DNA of 64,000 nt from a virus. Its lineage: Duplodnaviria; Caudoviricetes. Location: IMG/VR virus record IMGVR_UViG_2974704529_000001, positions 1 through 64,000 of that record; one strand, 5' to 3'. Below, piece by piece: positions 21,188 through 30,750 of this stretch (position 1 is its first letter; each line of letters opens with the position of its first letter). The translations under genes were made by a program, and so were the position numbers. The notes under the pieces were generated by a model that saw only the letters and a list, made by a program, of their open reading frames with translations, had not been told where the DNA came from and did no database searches.

Positions 21188-21463
21188 GTGTCGCTTAAGA
21201 AGTTCACGCAAGACCCAGATGAAGTATTGGACTACACGATTGATTGGTCGGAGTGGCTGGCTGAGGGTGACACGATCACCGAAGTTACGGCTACTCCGGC
21301 TTCTGGGATCACGGTTGATTCCACTTCTTTCACGGTTAGTTCTACGACCATTTGGGTTTCTGGTGGCGCTGCTGGTCAGCGTTACGACATTAGCGTGCAT
21401 GTGGTTACTAACGGCGGGCGTGAGGGTGACCGGTCGATCACGATTGAGATTAAGGAGAAGTAG
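21188..21463 (+). CDS. minor tail / baseplate small protein
   Basis: DPDEVLDYTIDWSEWL motif. Confidence 0.6.
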   Translation: MSLKKFTQDPDEVLDYTIDWSEWLAEGDTITEVTATPASGITVDSTSFTVSSTTIWVSGGAAGQRYDISVHVVTNGGREGDRSITIEIKEK

Positions 21464-21547
21464 TGACGAACCCGGTTTTCACTCTGGTGGCTTATGCCAC
21501 TGCGGAGGTCACTCCGGCTAATACACAACTAAATATGGAGGACGGTA

Positions 21548-21934
21548 ATGACGGTCGGGATTCACACGGTCAACCTGGCGAATAAGTGGCTTGGCATCCT
21601 GCGGGGTACGGCTTTCACTGCGCCTACTGGCATTTATATTCAGCTTCATAAGGGCGATCCTGGCGGGGCTGGCACGGCCAACCTTTCAGCGGTGACGACG
21701 CGGGCGCTGGCGACTTTCGCGGCTCCTGCCTCGGGCGCTATCGCGCTTACGGGCACTAACCCGTCGTGGACGATGACGGCCACGGAGACGATCACGCATA
21801 TCAGCGTGTGGGACGCGTCGACCAGCGGAAACTTTCTGTGGTCGGCGGTGCTGGCTGCGTCTAAGAACGTGCAGTCGGGTGACACGTTGACGCTTACTAC
21901 GTGCGGGCTGTCGCTGGGCGCTTTGGCGGCTTAA
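21548..21934 (+). CDS. minor tail protein
   Basis: YIQLHKGDPG...THISVWDASTSGNFL pattern of tail fibre/base proteins. Confidence 0.7.
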   Translation: MTVGIHTVNLANKWLGILRGTAFTAPTGIYIQLHKGDPGGAGTANLSAVTTRALATFAAPASGAIALTGTNPSWTMTATETITHISVWDASTSGNFLWSAVLAASKNVQSGDTLTLTTCGLSLGALAA

Positions 21935-24223
21935 ATGGCTATCGCGTTCAACGCGGCCACCGTTGGGAATATCACCCCTTCTGGGCGGACCGCTTCTGTT
22001 ACGCATACAGCTAATGGCTCTAACCGGGCCGTAATCGTTATGGTCGTCGGTGGGTGCGGGCCAAGCAATGAACAACCTTGGGGCAATGGCGATTCCGAGG
22101 GTTTGACCTGCACCTACGGCGGTTCGGCTATGACCCTGTTGGGCCATATCGGCACTAACGCGGGCACTTTCGGTGGTGTGGCGTTCTTCGGGATGCTTAA
22201 CCCGCCCACTGGTGTGCAGACCGTCGCGTTCTCTAAGACGAACAACACGTGGTCGTTGCGGGCGGCGGCTATGTCGTATACCGGGGTGGCGAGCTTCGGG
22301 GCTGCGTCTGCGACTTACGGGACTGGCTCGGGGGCCGGGCTGGGAATGACTGTCTCGGCTGCCGTGGGTGAGGTTGTCGCTCAGGCGTTTGTAACGCTCC
22401 TGGGCACGGTTTCGAGTTGGTCGGCTACCGGCGGTGGCACGCAGCGCCAGATCGTTAATGCTACCGATTCTGGCGGTGGCGCTTACGGGGTGTTCGGAGA
22501 TGCGCCGGGCGCAGCGTTGGTTGCGTTCAGTGGAACGCGTACCACTTCGGGTGATCAGTATGCGGCGGCTGCGGTTCGTCTATTGCCTGCGGAGGGCGGC
22601 GAACCGGAGAACCCTGGCGAGCTGGCGACGTTCTCAACCACTGGGCCTTATACGTATGACATTCCGTCGTGGGCTACCCATGTCGATGTCATTGCGATTG
22701 GTGGCGGCGGTGGTGGTGCTGGCGGCGCTAACGTCGGTAACGGCGATGGTCAGGGCGGTAGCGCTGGCACGTGGCAGTCGTTGACTGTTAAGCGCGGTGT
22801 TGATATTCCGTCGGGTGTTACGCAGATTACGGGCGTCGTCGGGACTGGCGGTACGGCTGGTGGTTCAGGTAACGGCTCTGGCGGTGGCGGTAATGCGTCG
22901 ACTGCCTTAGCTTCTGGGCTTAGCGTTTCGGCTGCCGGTGGTGGTGGCGGTTCGGGCACTAACCCTGCTGGCGGCCAGACGACGTATGGCAAGTCGCCGG
23001 GGAATCGGGTCTTTAACGGCCAGACCTATACGGGTGGTGCGCAGGCTGGCACGTCGAATAACCCAAGCGGCACCGGTACGACGGGCAATGCTCCCGGCGG
23101 CGGTGGCGAAGGTGGCGGTGGCGTTCTGTTTGGAACCGGCTCGAATGGTGGCCCTGGTGGTGCCGGGCGGGTGTTCTTCTACGCGTATCGCGTGGGTGTC
23201 GACTACGACGGCCAGGCTTCGCTTGCTGTGGTGGTGTCCACGGAGGCGTCTGCCACGCTGCGGGCGGTAGCGCAGGCGGTTTTGGCGGTGGACGCGGTTA
23301 CGTCGTCTGTCGTTTCACATGGACAGGCCATAGAGGCGTCTCTAAGCGTCTCAGCGGACCCAGACGATGTGGCCCGGTATGACGCCCTCGGTAACACCGA
23401 TTTGTTCCTAGATGTGGCTTTCACGGCTTCTGGCATGAAAACCCTGAACGGAATTGCGGTGCTGTCACTGACGGCGGATACGTGGGCTGACGTTACGGAG
23501 TTCAGCGTGGCTGATGCGGAGCTGTCTGTGGTCGCTGACATGTCGGCGGACGTTTCGCAGTGGCAGCCGCTTAGTGGGTCGCTGGCGGTCGGGGTTACGC
23601 CTACGGGTGAAATGTCGCAGGGCCAGGACGTGGGCGCTGATCTTGAGGCCATCGTGTCGCCTACGGCGGCGATGCTTTACGAGGGCGCGGTGCGGGCGAA
23701 CCTGGTGGTTAACGCAACGTTCGTGGCGGTCGCGGAGCGGGATGCTCCGGTGGACGCGGACCTGGCTGTGGTGGTGGTCGGTACGGCTGACGCTTCGTCG
23801 GGGCCGGTCGCTGGCTCGGGCCTGGCGGTGGTTGTGACGACTACGGCGGTGATGCAGCGCACGCAGTACGTGGACGCGGACCTGTCGCTGAGCGCTATCA
23901 CAGACGGCGAGCTGTCCGCGAGCTTCGGCATTGATGCCGTCCTAGAGCTGGTCGCTAACGCGTCGGTTTACTTCGGCTCAGTCCGCGAAATTGTGGTGGT
24001 GCCTTTCCATGATCGGCACGCGGTTGTGCCTGAGAGTCCGCGCTTAGTGGAGGTTAACGGCGAGCTGCGCCTAATCAAGGCTGATGGCGATTACCGCATT
24101 GTGGGTGTGCCTGAGGTTGAGCGTGTGGTTTTGGTCGGCGAATCGGATAGGTCCGCGCTGGTGGCCCCTGCCGATAGGTGGGTTCAGGTCGCGCCGGTAC
24201 CTAAGGCGGTGGCGGTGCGCTAA
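21935..24223 (+). CDS. glycine-rich minor tail / tail fibre protein
   Basis: 762 aa; IGGGGGGAGG glycine-rich domain, then an Ala/Val/Asp repetitive C-terminal region. Confidence 0.75.
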   Translation: MAIAFNAATVGNITPSGRTASVTHTANGSNRAVIVMVVGGCGPSNEQPWGNGDSEGLTCTYGGSAMTLLGHIGTNAGTFGGVAFFGMLNPPTGVQTVAFSKTNNTWSLRAAAMSYTGVASFGAASATYGTGSGAGLGMTVSAAVGEVVAQAFVTLLGTVSSWSATGGGTQRQIVNATDSGGGAYGVFGDAPGAALVAFSGTRTTSGDQYAAAAVRLLPAEGGEPENPGELATFSTTGPYTYDIPSWATHVDVIAIGGGGGGAGGANVGNGDGQGGSAGTWQSLTVKRGVDIPSGVTQITGVVGTGGTAGGSGNGSGGGGNASTALASGLSVSAAGGGGGSGTNPAGGQTTYGKSPGNRVFNGQTYTGGAQAGTSNNPSGTGTTGNAPGGGGEGGGGVLFGTGSNGGPGGAGRVFFYAYRVGVDYDGQASLAVVVSTEASATLRAVAQAVLAVDAVTSSVVSHGQAIEASLSVSADPDDVARYDALGNTDLFLDVAFTASGMKTLNGIAVLSLTADTWADVTEFSVADAELSVVADMSADVSQWQPLSGSLAVGVTPTGEMSQGQDVGADLEAIVSPTAAMLYEGAVRANLVVNATFVAVAERDAPVDADLAVVVVGTADASSGPVAGSGLAVVVTTTAVMQRTQYVDADLSLSAITDGELSASFGIDAVLELVANASVYFGSVREIVVVPFHDRHAVVPESPRLVEVNGELRLIKADGDYRIVGVPEVERVVLVGESDRSALVAPADRWVQVAPVPKAVAVR

Positions 24224-24254
24224 GGCCGCTTAATAACTAAATAGAGGGGGTCCA

Positions 24255-24404
24255 ATGATTATGGATCACGCGGGGGAGCCGGAGGTTCGCTGCGTTGCAT
24301 GTGGCGACCGCAGTGTGGACCATCCCACTTTCAAGCATAGGGCTTGGAATTGGTTGGCGGCTTCCGAGGCTTTCGTGCGGTTTCACCTAGGGCGGGTGCT
24401 CTAG
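24255..24404 (+). CDS. small hypothetical protein (CxxC)
   Basis: Read from sequence: MIMDHAGEPEVRCVACG...; GAGGGGG RBS; fills the gap exactly. Confidence 0.5.
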   Translation: MIMDHAGEPEVRCVACGDRSVDHPTFKHRAWNWLAASEAFVRFHLGRVL

Positions 24405-25346
24405 GTGAAGCACGAAGCTGTATTGAGCACGATTCCCATGTCGCGGGGATCGGGATTTAAGTACGAATTGCGCGGTAAGCCGGGCGATTACTGGCCGGAG
24501 TCGGGCACCGCTTACGTGGTGTTTTACGAGTCGACGGGCGCGGTTATCGCAACCCTTGAGGGGACGGTTAAGCCGGAGCTGCTGCTGTTTGAGGCCGAGC
24601 CGCCAGAGGTTGAGTCCATTCCGCATGGTGCGGGGTTTGAGCTGTTCGTTACGCCGGATGAGACCGGAGTGCCGGTGATGGTTCGTTATGGGACGGTCAC
24701 GCGTCGGGAGGTCCGGTTTCCGGATGCGCCTGCTACGGACGTTTCGGATACTGCGCTGCTCTATGCGGACGATATGCAGCGGACGATTCTTGGGCCTAGG
24801 TGGCGCAAGGTTGGCGGCAAGGCGGCGATTTACGACGACTGGATTTCGCTGCATCCTAAGCGCGCTATCGGTCCGGACTTCGTTTTCTTTGACCGGGCGT
24901 CTGTGTTGTGGTTTGCGCCGCTGAATCTGGATTCGGTGACCGTCAATGTCAACATTGTTAACGCGGGTGCCGGTAAGTCGACGGTCGTTTTGGCGTCGGA
25001 CTACAACATGACTTCATGGCTGGGAGTCCAGTTCGAGACGGGCATTTCCAATAACAAGTGGCACATCGTGGTCGGGCATTCGCCTCAGGGTGACGACTAC
25101 GAGATTAAGGCCAGCGTTAACGCGAACTCGGACAACGGTAATAACGCGCTGATCAAGTTTAACCACGCTGCACGGCAGATTACGGCGTTCCGGAATAACG
25201 GCACTACGCCGGTTTTGACGTGGACCGATGAAACGGAGTCGCTGCCTATTGGTGACGGCTTCCGCTATACGGGGTTCTCTTGGATTTCGTCGTTGGCTGC
25301 TCGTGGTGCGTGTTTCTACGACTGGTGGGCTAAGGACGGTATTTAG
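24405..25346 (+). CDS. minor tail protein
   Basis: 313 aa; last gene before lysis; lectin/ConA-like beta-rich C-terminus. Confidence 0.65.
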   Translation: MKHEAVLSTIPMSRGSGFKYELRGKPGDYWPESGTAYVVFYESTGAVIATLEGTVKPELLLFEAEPPEVESIPHGAGFELFVTPDETGVPVMVRYGTVTRREVRFPDAPATDVSDTALLYADDMQRTILGPRWRKVGGKAAIYDDWISLHPKRAIGPDFVFFDRASVLWFAPLNLDSVTVNVNIVNAGAGKSTVVLASDYNMTSWLGVQFETGISNNKWHIVVGHSPQGDDYEIKASVNANSDNGNNALIKFNHAARQITAFRNNGTTPVLTWTDETESLPIGDGFRYTGFSWISSLAARGACFYDWWAKDGI

Positions 25347-25349
25347 CAG

Positions 25350-26300
25350 ATGGCTTTTGTTAGCAGGTATGGAAACTGGTATTCGGAGAACGGGTGGCGT
25401 ATGTGTGACGCCAACGAGCTTGACCGGGGGGCGGTGCCGGGCACTTCGCTGGTGCTGCCTATCCGGAAGGGTGTTGCCAACCTGATCCTTAAGGGTTGGG
25501 TGGCGTGGTTTCACCGCAATGTTGAGTCGTTGAATAACGCTCGCGGTTTCAGTGATGAGGGCGCGTGGACGCCGACTAATGACGTGGCGAACTCGAATCA
25601 CCTGTCAGGTACGGCGGTTGACCTTAACTGGTCGGACCACGCCTTTCGGGTGTCGTATTCGGGGTTCACTCAGGCGGAAATTAATAAGGTCCGTGAGGGT
25701 CTAAAGCTGTTTGAGGGGACGATCTGGTGGGGCCAGGACTGGAACTCGCCTAAAGATCCGATGCACTTTCAGCTTAACTACGGCGAGGGTGACGCGCGGA
25801 ACGCGGCTTTTGCTACGAAGTTGCAGAACGGATATCTGAATATCTGGTCTGGCGGCGGTGGGGTCATTGAGCCTCCGGCGGGCGTGGATGACATTTACGC
25901 GGAGCTGGGCGATTCGGGCGACCGGGTTAAGCGTTTGCAGCAGTTCTTTAACGACAACTTCAAGAGCTATTCGCGGCTTGAGGTCGACGGCGATTTCGGA
26001 CCGGCGACTAAGGCTGTGGTTGTCGAGTTTCAGAAGCGGGTTGGTGTTCTGGCTGACGGAATCGTCGGGCCGGTCACGTTGGCCGCAATGGTGAAGCACG
26101 GCTTTAAGACTGAGAGTGGGGTGAAGGTGGCGAATCTGCCTGAGGATTGGACGGACCGTCAGGTCATTAACGATATCTGGGAGCAGTTGCGCGGTCCGGA
26201 CGGTAAGGGCTGGGAGCGGCTAGGGAAGAACGCTAAGGGCGAGAATCTTTCGCTGGTCGACGCCATTGCCGAGGTTAAGAAGCGTCTAGAGGCGGCCTAA
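25350..26300 (+). CDS. lysA: endolysin (Lysin A): M15-like peptidase plus peptidoglycan-binding domain
   Basis: SENGW start, SNHLSGTAVDLNW and DPMHF Zn-peptidase motifs, VDGDFGPATKAVV...FQ PG-binding motif. Confidence 0.92.
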   Translation: MAFVSRYGNWYSENGWRMCDANELDRGAVPGTSLVLPIRKGVANLILKGWVAWFHRNVESLNNARGFSDEGAWTPTNDVANSNHLSGTAVDLNWSDHAFRVSYSGFTQAEINKVREGLKLFEGTIWWGQDWNSPKDPMHFQLNYGEGDARNAAFATKLQNGYLNIWSGGGGVIEPPAGVDDIYAELGDSGDRVKRLQQFFNDNFKSYSRLEVDGDFGPATKAVVVEFQKRVGVLADGIVGPVTLAAMVKHGFKTESGVKVANLPEDWTDRQVINDIWEQLRGPDGKGWERLGKNAKGENLSLVDAIAEVKKRLEAA

Positions 26301-27271
26301 TGCCGCTACAGGTCGGCTCGCAGGGCGAGCTAGTTAACCAGTGGGTCCGGACGATGAACAAGCGGTTTTCGTCTTACTCGCGCGAGAAGGATGGAACTCC
26401 GCTTAAGGTCGACGGCTATTTCGGTTATCCGGACCGTGACGTTCAGCGGGAGTATGAGCGGCGCACAAATCAGGTGCAGGACGGCATCGTTAGCGATGGC
26501 GACTTGGCGGCGCTGGGGTTGATTGCGACTCCACCCGCCGAGGAGCTGCCGGTCCTGTTTACGGTCAGCGGGACGTTCGCGGACATGTGGTCGGGCTATC
26601 CGGCGGACGTTGCTCGCGCGCTGGCGGGCGTCTACTACTGGCAGCCGGTCAACTATCCGGCGGCGGCATTCCCGATGGAGCCGAGCGTCAATGAGGGTGT
26701 CCGTGAACTGATCAGCCTGATTAACAAGATGCGGCCAGGCCGGAAGTTCGCGCTGTGTGGTTACAGCCAGGGCGCAATCGTGTGCTCGCTGGTGCTGATT
26801 GAGATTCTGTTCGGCAGCTTGTCGCACCGTAAGGACGACCTGCTGGGCGGCTCGATGTTCGGTAACCCGATGCGGCAGGGCGGGGTGTCGTTCCCTGGCG
26901 GGCGTGATCCTGGCGGGCGCGGTATCGCGCTGGAACAGCTCAAGGTGACGCCGCCGAATTGGTGGGAGTACGCGGACCCTGACGACATTTACACGGCCAC
27001 GCCTGCGGGTGCTGGGGGAGAGGAAATGTCCTCAATCTATGCCGTGGTGATGGACCCGCTTAAGGGTGCGCCGAAGTTGATTTGGCAGATTTGGGAGCTT
27101 TTGGCTAACCCGGCTGCGGAGGCACCGGCGCTTGTTAAGGCAATCGTGCTGGGGCTTAAGTTCGCGGGCACTCGGACGGCTGCGCATGTGGAGTACCACA
27201 TTCGCCAGGCCACGCCGGGGACCACGTATTTGCAGCACGCAATCAATCATTTACGAAGCATTAAGGGGTAA
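26300..27271 (+). CDS. lysB: Lysin B (cutinase-like mycolylarabinogalactan esterase)
   Basis: GYSQG nucleophile motif, FGNPMR, follows LysA. Confidence 0.92.
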   Translation: MPLQVGSQGELVNQWVRTMNKRFSSYSREKDGTPLKVDGYFGYPDRDVQREYERRTNQVQDGIVSDGDLAALGLIATPPAEELPVLFTVSGTFADMWSGYPADVARALAGVYYWQPVNYPAAAFPMEPSVNEGVRELISLINKMRPGRKFALCGYSQGAIVCSLVLIEILFGSLSHRKDDLLGGSMFGNPMRQGGVSFPGGRDPGGRGIALEQLKVTPPNWWEYADPDDIYTATPAGAGGEEMSSIYAVVMDPLKGAPKLIWQIWELLANPAAEAPALVKAIVLGLKFAGTRTAAHVEYHIRQATPGTTYLQHAINHLRSIKG

Positions 27272-27275
27272 TCCA

Positions 27276-27743
27276 TTGTTGATTTATGACGAGCAAGTGC
27301 CGGTGTTGGACGACACGTTTGAGGGCGACGAGGTTGCGCTACTAGCGGTGCGTGGTGGCCGGGTGGATCGGCATTTCCGCCGGAACTACGCATGGGCTAA
27401 GCACGCTGCCGACCGGGGCCAGCTAAAGAAGATCGTTGTGAAGGTCGGGGTCACTAAGGACTCATGGGTTCACACGGTGGGTGCGGTCATGTCGGCCCTA
27501 TCGGGCCAGCGGTTGCATCCCTTGGCGGCTTTCAATGTGGACTCGGACGTTCGGGATATCGGCGGCGACAAGCTAACGCAGGTATTGGAAGCGCTTAAGG
27601 AGCTGGCACCTAAGCCAGCGGCCTTCATGGCTTCGGATGCCGACGTTAAGGCTCTTGTGCGGGCACAGAACGCGCAGGCGAAGAATGCGCCCAAGCCGGG
27701 GCCTAAGAGTGATGCGACTAAGGACGTGAAGGACGGTGAGTAA
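27276..27743 (+). CDS. hypothetical protein in lysis cassette
   Basis: Open frame filling the gap between lysB and holin; probable TTG start near 27276. Confidence 0.5.
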   Translation: MLIYDEQVPVLDDTFEGDEVALLAVRGGRVDRHFRRNYAWAKHAADRGQLKKIVVKVGVTKDSWVHTVGAVMSALSGQRLHPLAAFNVDSDVRDIGGDKLTQVLEALKELAPKPAAFMASDADVKALVRAQNAQAKNAPKPGPKSDATKDVKDGE

Positions 27744-27997
27744 TGAAGATTCTCGGGCACAAGCCGAGCGAGATTCGGAAGTCAATTGCGGGGTTCGCGG
27801 CTGCCCTGTTGGTACTGCTAGTGGCGTTGCCTGTGGCCGGTCTACCGGTAGGTGTTGCGGCTGTAGTGGCGACTGTGACGGCCTTCCTGACGGGTGTGAG
27901 CGTTTATCTCGCTAAGCCCAATGTGGCTGCGGTAATTGATGGGCTGGACGTGATTGATCCACCTGTCGAATACCCACCATTTATTGAGAAGTCATAG
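27743..27997 (+). CDS. holin
   Basis: 84 aa, two hydrophobic helices; KPSEIRKSI start typical of actinophage holins. Confidence 0.75.
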   Translation: MKILGHKPSEIRKSIAGFAAALLVLLVALPVAGLPVGVAAVVATVTAFLTGVSVYLAKPNVAAVIDGLDVIDPPVEYPPFIEKS

Positions 27998-27999
27998 CG

Positions 28000-28422
28000 A
28001 TGCCGGAGACGGGCGAGTGGATTGGGGTGCTGGTCACTAACTGGCCTGAGCTTGCAGTGATTGCCAGCTTAGTGTTCGGCGTTTATATGATCGTTCGTTT
28101 CCTGGCGGGCACCTTTGAGTCGTTTAGTAGGGCGCTAGGGCCGGTGGGTCGATTCCTCCGTGCCCAGCGCGCTATTAACAAAGCTGAATCAGACGACATG
28201 CGGAAGCGGATTGCGTATCTGGACAACCGGGTAACGAAAATGCTTTACCGCGACCAGTGTTATTTCGCGTACGTGTTGGCTGACACGGAGTGGCATCGCA
28301 GGCATGAGCTTAAGGCGGCGGCACTTGGTTGGGTGTTTGAGCCGCACGTTTCATTCCTTGAGTTCCGCGACACGTGGATGCGCGAGCGTGGACTAGATAA
28401 GGAATTGGAAATTTGGAAGTAA
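28000..28422 (+). CDS. membrane protein (lysis accessory)
   Basis: N-terminal transmembrane helix plus coiled-coil, directly after the holin. Confidence 0.65.
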   Translation: MPETGEWIGVLVTNWPELAVIASLVFGVYMIVRFLAGTFESFSRALGPVGRFLRAQRAINKAESDDMRKRIAYLDNRVTKMLYRDQCYFAYVLADTEWHRRHELKAAALGWVFEPHVSFLEFRDTWMRERGLDKELEIWK

Positions 28423-28679
28423 CGGTTTACTCACCAGCGACCGCTTGCACAGGCTGTATGGCAACGAAGCTTGCTCTTAAGAACGCGGCTATTCCGTTTA
28501 CGGCTGTAGTGGCCTCTGACGATCAGGTAGAGAAGTTTAAGGCGGATGGGCACGCGTCGTTCCCCGTCGTCATCGTTGATTGTGGCGATGGCGCTACGTG
28601 GACGTGGAGCGGTTACCGCCATGGCGACATTAAGCGACTTAAGGATTTGCGGCAGGAACAGACGCCTTTGGCGGCTTAA
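28413..28679 (+). CDS. nrdH: NrdH-like glutaredoxin
   Basis: VTVYS...CTGC..TK..L, SFPVVIV, WSGYR motifs. Confidence 0.85.
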   Translation: MEVTVYSPATACTGCMATKLALKNAAIPFTAVVASDDQVEKFKADGHASFPVVIVDCGDGATWTWSGYRHGDIKRLKDLRQEQTPLAA

Positions 28680-28686
28680 ATAGACT

Positions 28687-28742
28687 CGGGCACTCGCGCT
28701 CCCCTCTTTCCCCTGGGGTTGAGCGCGGGTGCCCGTCTTTTT
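28687..28742 (+). terminator. intrinsic terminator ending the late/lysis operon
   Basis: CGGGCACTCGCGCTC...GAGCGCGGGTGCCCG stem then TCTTTTT; lies between convergent operons. Confidence 0.8.
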
Positions 28743-28748
28743 GTGTCT

Positions 28749-29096
28749 CTAGCAGTATCCGCAGTTGCAGTCGTTCGGTGACCGGCTGGATATCGTCATC
28801 ACGTCGATGTGCCGCCCGAAGGCCACCGGCTGGTCGATCTTGGCCGGTGGGAACTTGCCGTATATGCCGTCCTCGAATCCATCTAGGGTCCGCTGGTGTT
28901 GCCAGTCGGCCCGCTCGATGAGCGCCTGGTCTCGCTTGGCCCGTTCTGCCGCCTGAGCGTCCTGCCGCCGAACGATCCTCATAGCGATGCGGTAAGCCAG
29001 CCAGACGACCGTTACGCCCAGCAGAAGCGGCCACACAACTTTGACCACTAGAACTATCACAACAGCGATAGCCAGCCAGACGACGAACTCACTCAT
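28749..29096 (-). CDS. membrane protein
   Basis: Hydrophobic N-terminal two-helix segment. Confidence 0.65.
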   Translation of the reverse strand: MSEFVVWLAIAVVIVLVVKVVWPLLLGVTVVWLAYRIAMRIVRRQDAQAAERAKRDQALIERADWQHQRTLDGFEDGIYGKFPPAKIDQPVAFGRHIDVMTISSRSPNDCNCGYC

Positions 29097-29101
29097 GAGA
29101 C

Positions 29102-29434
29102 TTAGGCTCCCTTCGCGTATATGGACGCTTCGTATTCGGGGCAGTAGTAGGCGACCGCGCCGCTAAGGATGCCGACCGCCAGGGCCTTGTCCCCTAAAAG
29201 GTTGGTGTCGTCAGCCAAGATGTCTCGCCATGACGCGCCGTCCGCCAGTTGGGCGCACCGCGACTGAGCGATGGGGACGGCCATGTTGCAGTTAACGTTG
29301 CGCCCCGTCTGCCCGGTCACGTAGGTACAGAACTCGTAGTCGTCCTGCGGCGCGGCGGCGGCTTGCGGGGCGCTTAGGACGCTGAGCGCAAGGGCTGCAA
29401 GCCCCACAAGCGCGCGTGCGTGTCGATTAACCAT
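29102..29434 (-). CDS. secreted protein, DUF732-like
   Basis: Signal peptide; C....A...C..L and A..YYCP motifs of mycobacterial DUF732. Confidence 0.6.
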   Translation of the reverse strand: MVNRHARALVGLAALALSVLSAPQAAAAPQDDYEFCTYVTGQTGRNVNCNMAVPIAQSRCAQLADGASWRDILADDTNLLGDKALAVGILSGAVAYYCPEYEASIYAKGA

Positions 29435-30120
29435 TGGTCGATCTTGGCCCGGTTAGGTTCGTCTGGCAAGGAAGTCGTAGCTTCCGCGCGCTGGATCATG
29501 TCGCGCCAGTCTGCGATGTCCTCTAGCACTTGCGACTGGGCGACCTCGCCGTTGCGGATGCTCAGCAGGTAGTCCCGGCGCAGCTCCATCATGGGCATCT
29601 GCATTTCGCCGCTGACCAGCATTTCGTGGCCCTGCATGAGGAGCCGGAGCGCATGGAACGCGGCCTTAGTGTCGTAGCCGTGGGCCTCAATTAGCTCGGG
29701 CCGGTTGGTGCGCGGCGCGCGTTCGCCGGTTAGCCGGGCGGACATGGAGTCTGCGTATCCCATGTGCCGGGCAGCTAACCGCTTGCTAAGGAACATCTGC
29801 CGGTTCTCTTGGAGCCTGATCATGTCAGGGAAAATCAGGTTAGGCGTGAACAGTAGGGTCATGACCGTAGGGTTGCCCTGGCAAACGAGGCTCACATATT
29901 TGCGCAGCCCGTAAAACTGCGTCTCGGAGTCCCCGGCCTCACTCTTAACACCTTCGGGCTTGTCGCGCCTACGCACGGCCCCGACCTGCGGCTTAAGTCC
30001 GATTAGCGCTTCTGGCGGATCGGGATAGATACCGATGTAGTCATGGTCGGAGTCCTCACGGTTTAGGCCGTGGGCAAACGATCCAATCTCGCCAATGATC
30101 AATGGCTTTATCTCAGCCAC
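29374..30120 (-). CDS. pol-beta superfamily nucleotidyltransferase (RlaP-like, RNA-repair associated)
   Basis: GSFAHGLNREDSDHDYIG motif, GNPT..LLF, YDTK...HALRL. Confidence 0.8.
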   Translation of the reverse strand: MAEIKPLIIGEIGSFAHGLNREDSDHDYIGIYPDPPEALIGLKPQVGAVRRRDKPEGVKSEAGDSETQFYGLRKYVSLVCQGNPTVMTLLFTPNLIFPDMIRLQENRQMFLSKRLAARHMGYADSMSARLTGERAPRTNRPELIEAHGYDTKAAFHALRLLMQGHEMLVSGEMQMPMMELRRDYLLSIRNGEVAQSQVLEDIADWRDMIQRAEATTSLPDEPNRAKIDQWLIDTHARLWGLQPLRSAS

Positions 30121-30206
30121 ATTCCCCCCTTAAACAAAGCTAACCCCGGTTGGCGCTCCACCCTCCCAAGAGGAGCGGCCAGCCGGGGCCAGCGGTCTTT
30201 GCGCCG

Positions 30207-30674
30207 TTAAGGCTCTCCCGCTGCCGAAAACTGCGGGTCGTCTTTCTTCTGAGCCGGTGCAGCTTTCTTAGCTGGCGCGGCTTTCTTGGCCGGTGCCGGT
30301 GCGGCCTCTTTGATTTCGTCGCCCGTAGGTGAGCCAGCGGCTTTCCAAGCCCGAATGACACCTGCGGAGACGCGGCCACGGTCGGACACTTCGTGTCCGT
30401 TGACCTGCGCCCACTTGCGAACGTCTGCGAGTGGCAAGCCCGGTTCCCCGCCGGAGAACGTGTTCTTGCTGCTAGAGCGCTTGCGACCGGTTTCCTTGCC
30501 GACCCGCGAGGCAACTTCCAGCCACTTCTCCAAGTCCTTGTCGAACTGCTTAGCGTTCTTCTCGGACAGGTCCAGGTGGTAGTTAACCCCGTTGACGGAG
30601 AAGTCGCGTTCCGCCTCCGCTTCCAGCTCCGGCTCGTAGTCATCGAACAGTGTGACTGTTACCCGCTTACCCAT
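30207..30674 (-). CDS. lsr2: Lsr2-like nucleoid-associated protein with PAKKA tail
   Basis: MGKRVTVTL.DD..YHLDLSEKNA dimerisation domain; VRKWAQVNGHEVSDRGRVSA AT-hook-like domain. Confidence 0.9.
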   Translation of the reverse strand: MGKRVTVTLFDDYEPELEAEAERDFSVNGVNYHLDLSEKNAKQFDKDLEKWLEVASRVGKETGRKRSSSKNTFSGGEPGLPLADVRKWAQVNGHEVSDRGRVSAGVIRAWKAAGSPTGDEIKEAAPAPAKKAAPAKKAAPAQKKDDPQFSAAGEP

Positions 30675-30750
30675 TTCGGTGTCCCTTCGGTTTCGTGTTT
30701 CGGGTATGTGCTGCGTACACAGTAAGCACCCTAATCATTATCCGTCAACT

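Noticed and set aside
19226-25346. Diversity-generating retroelement acting on tail genes
   Set aside because: No reverse transcriptase and no template/variable repeat pair were seen in the window.
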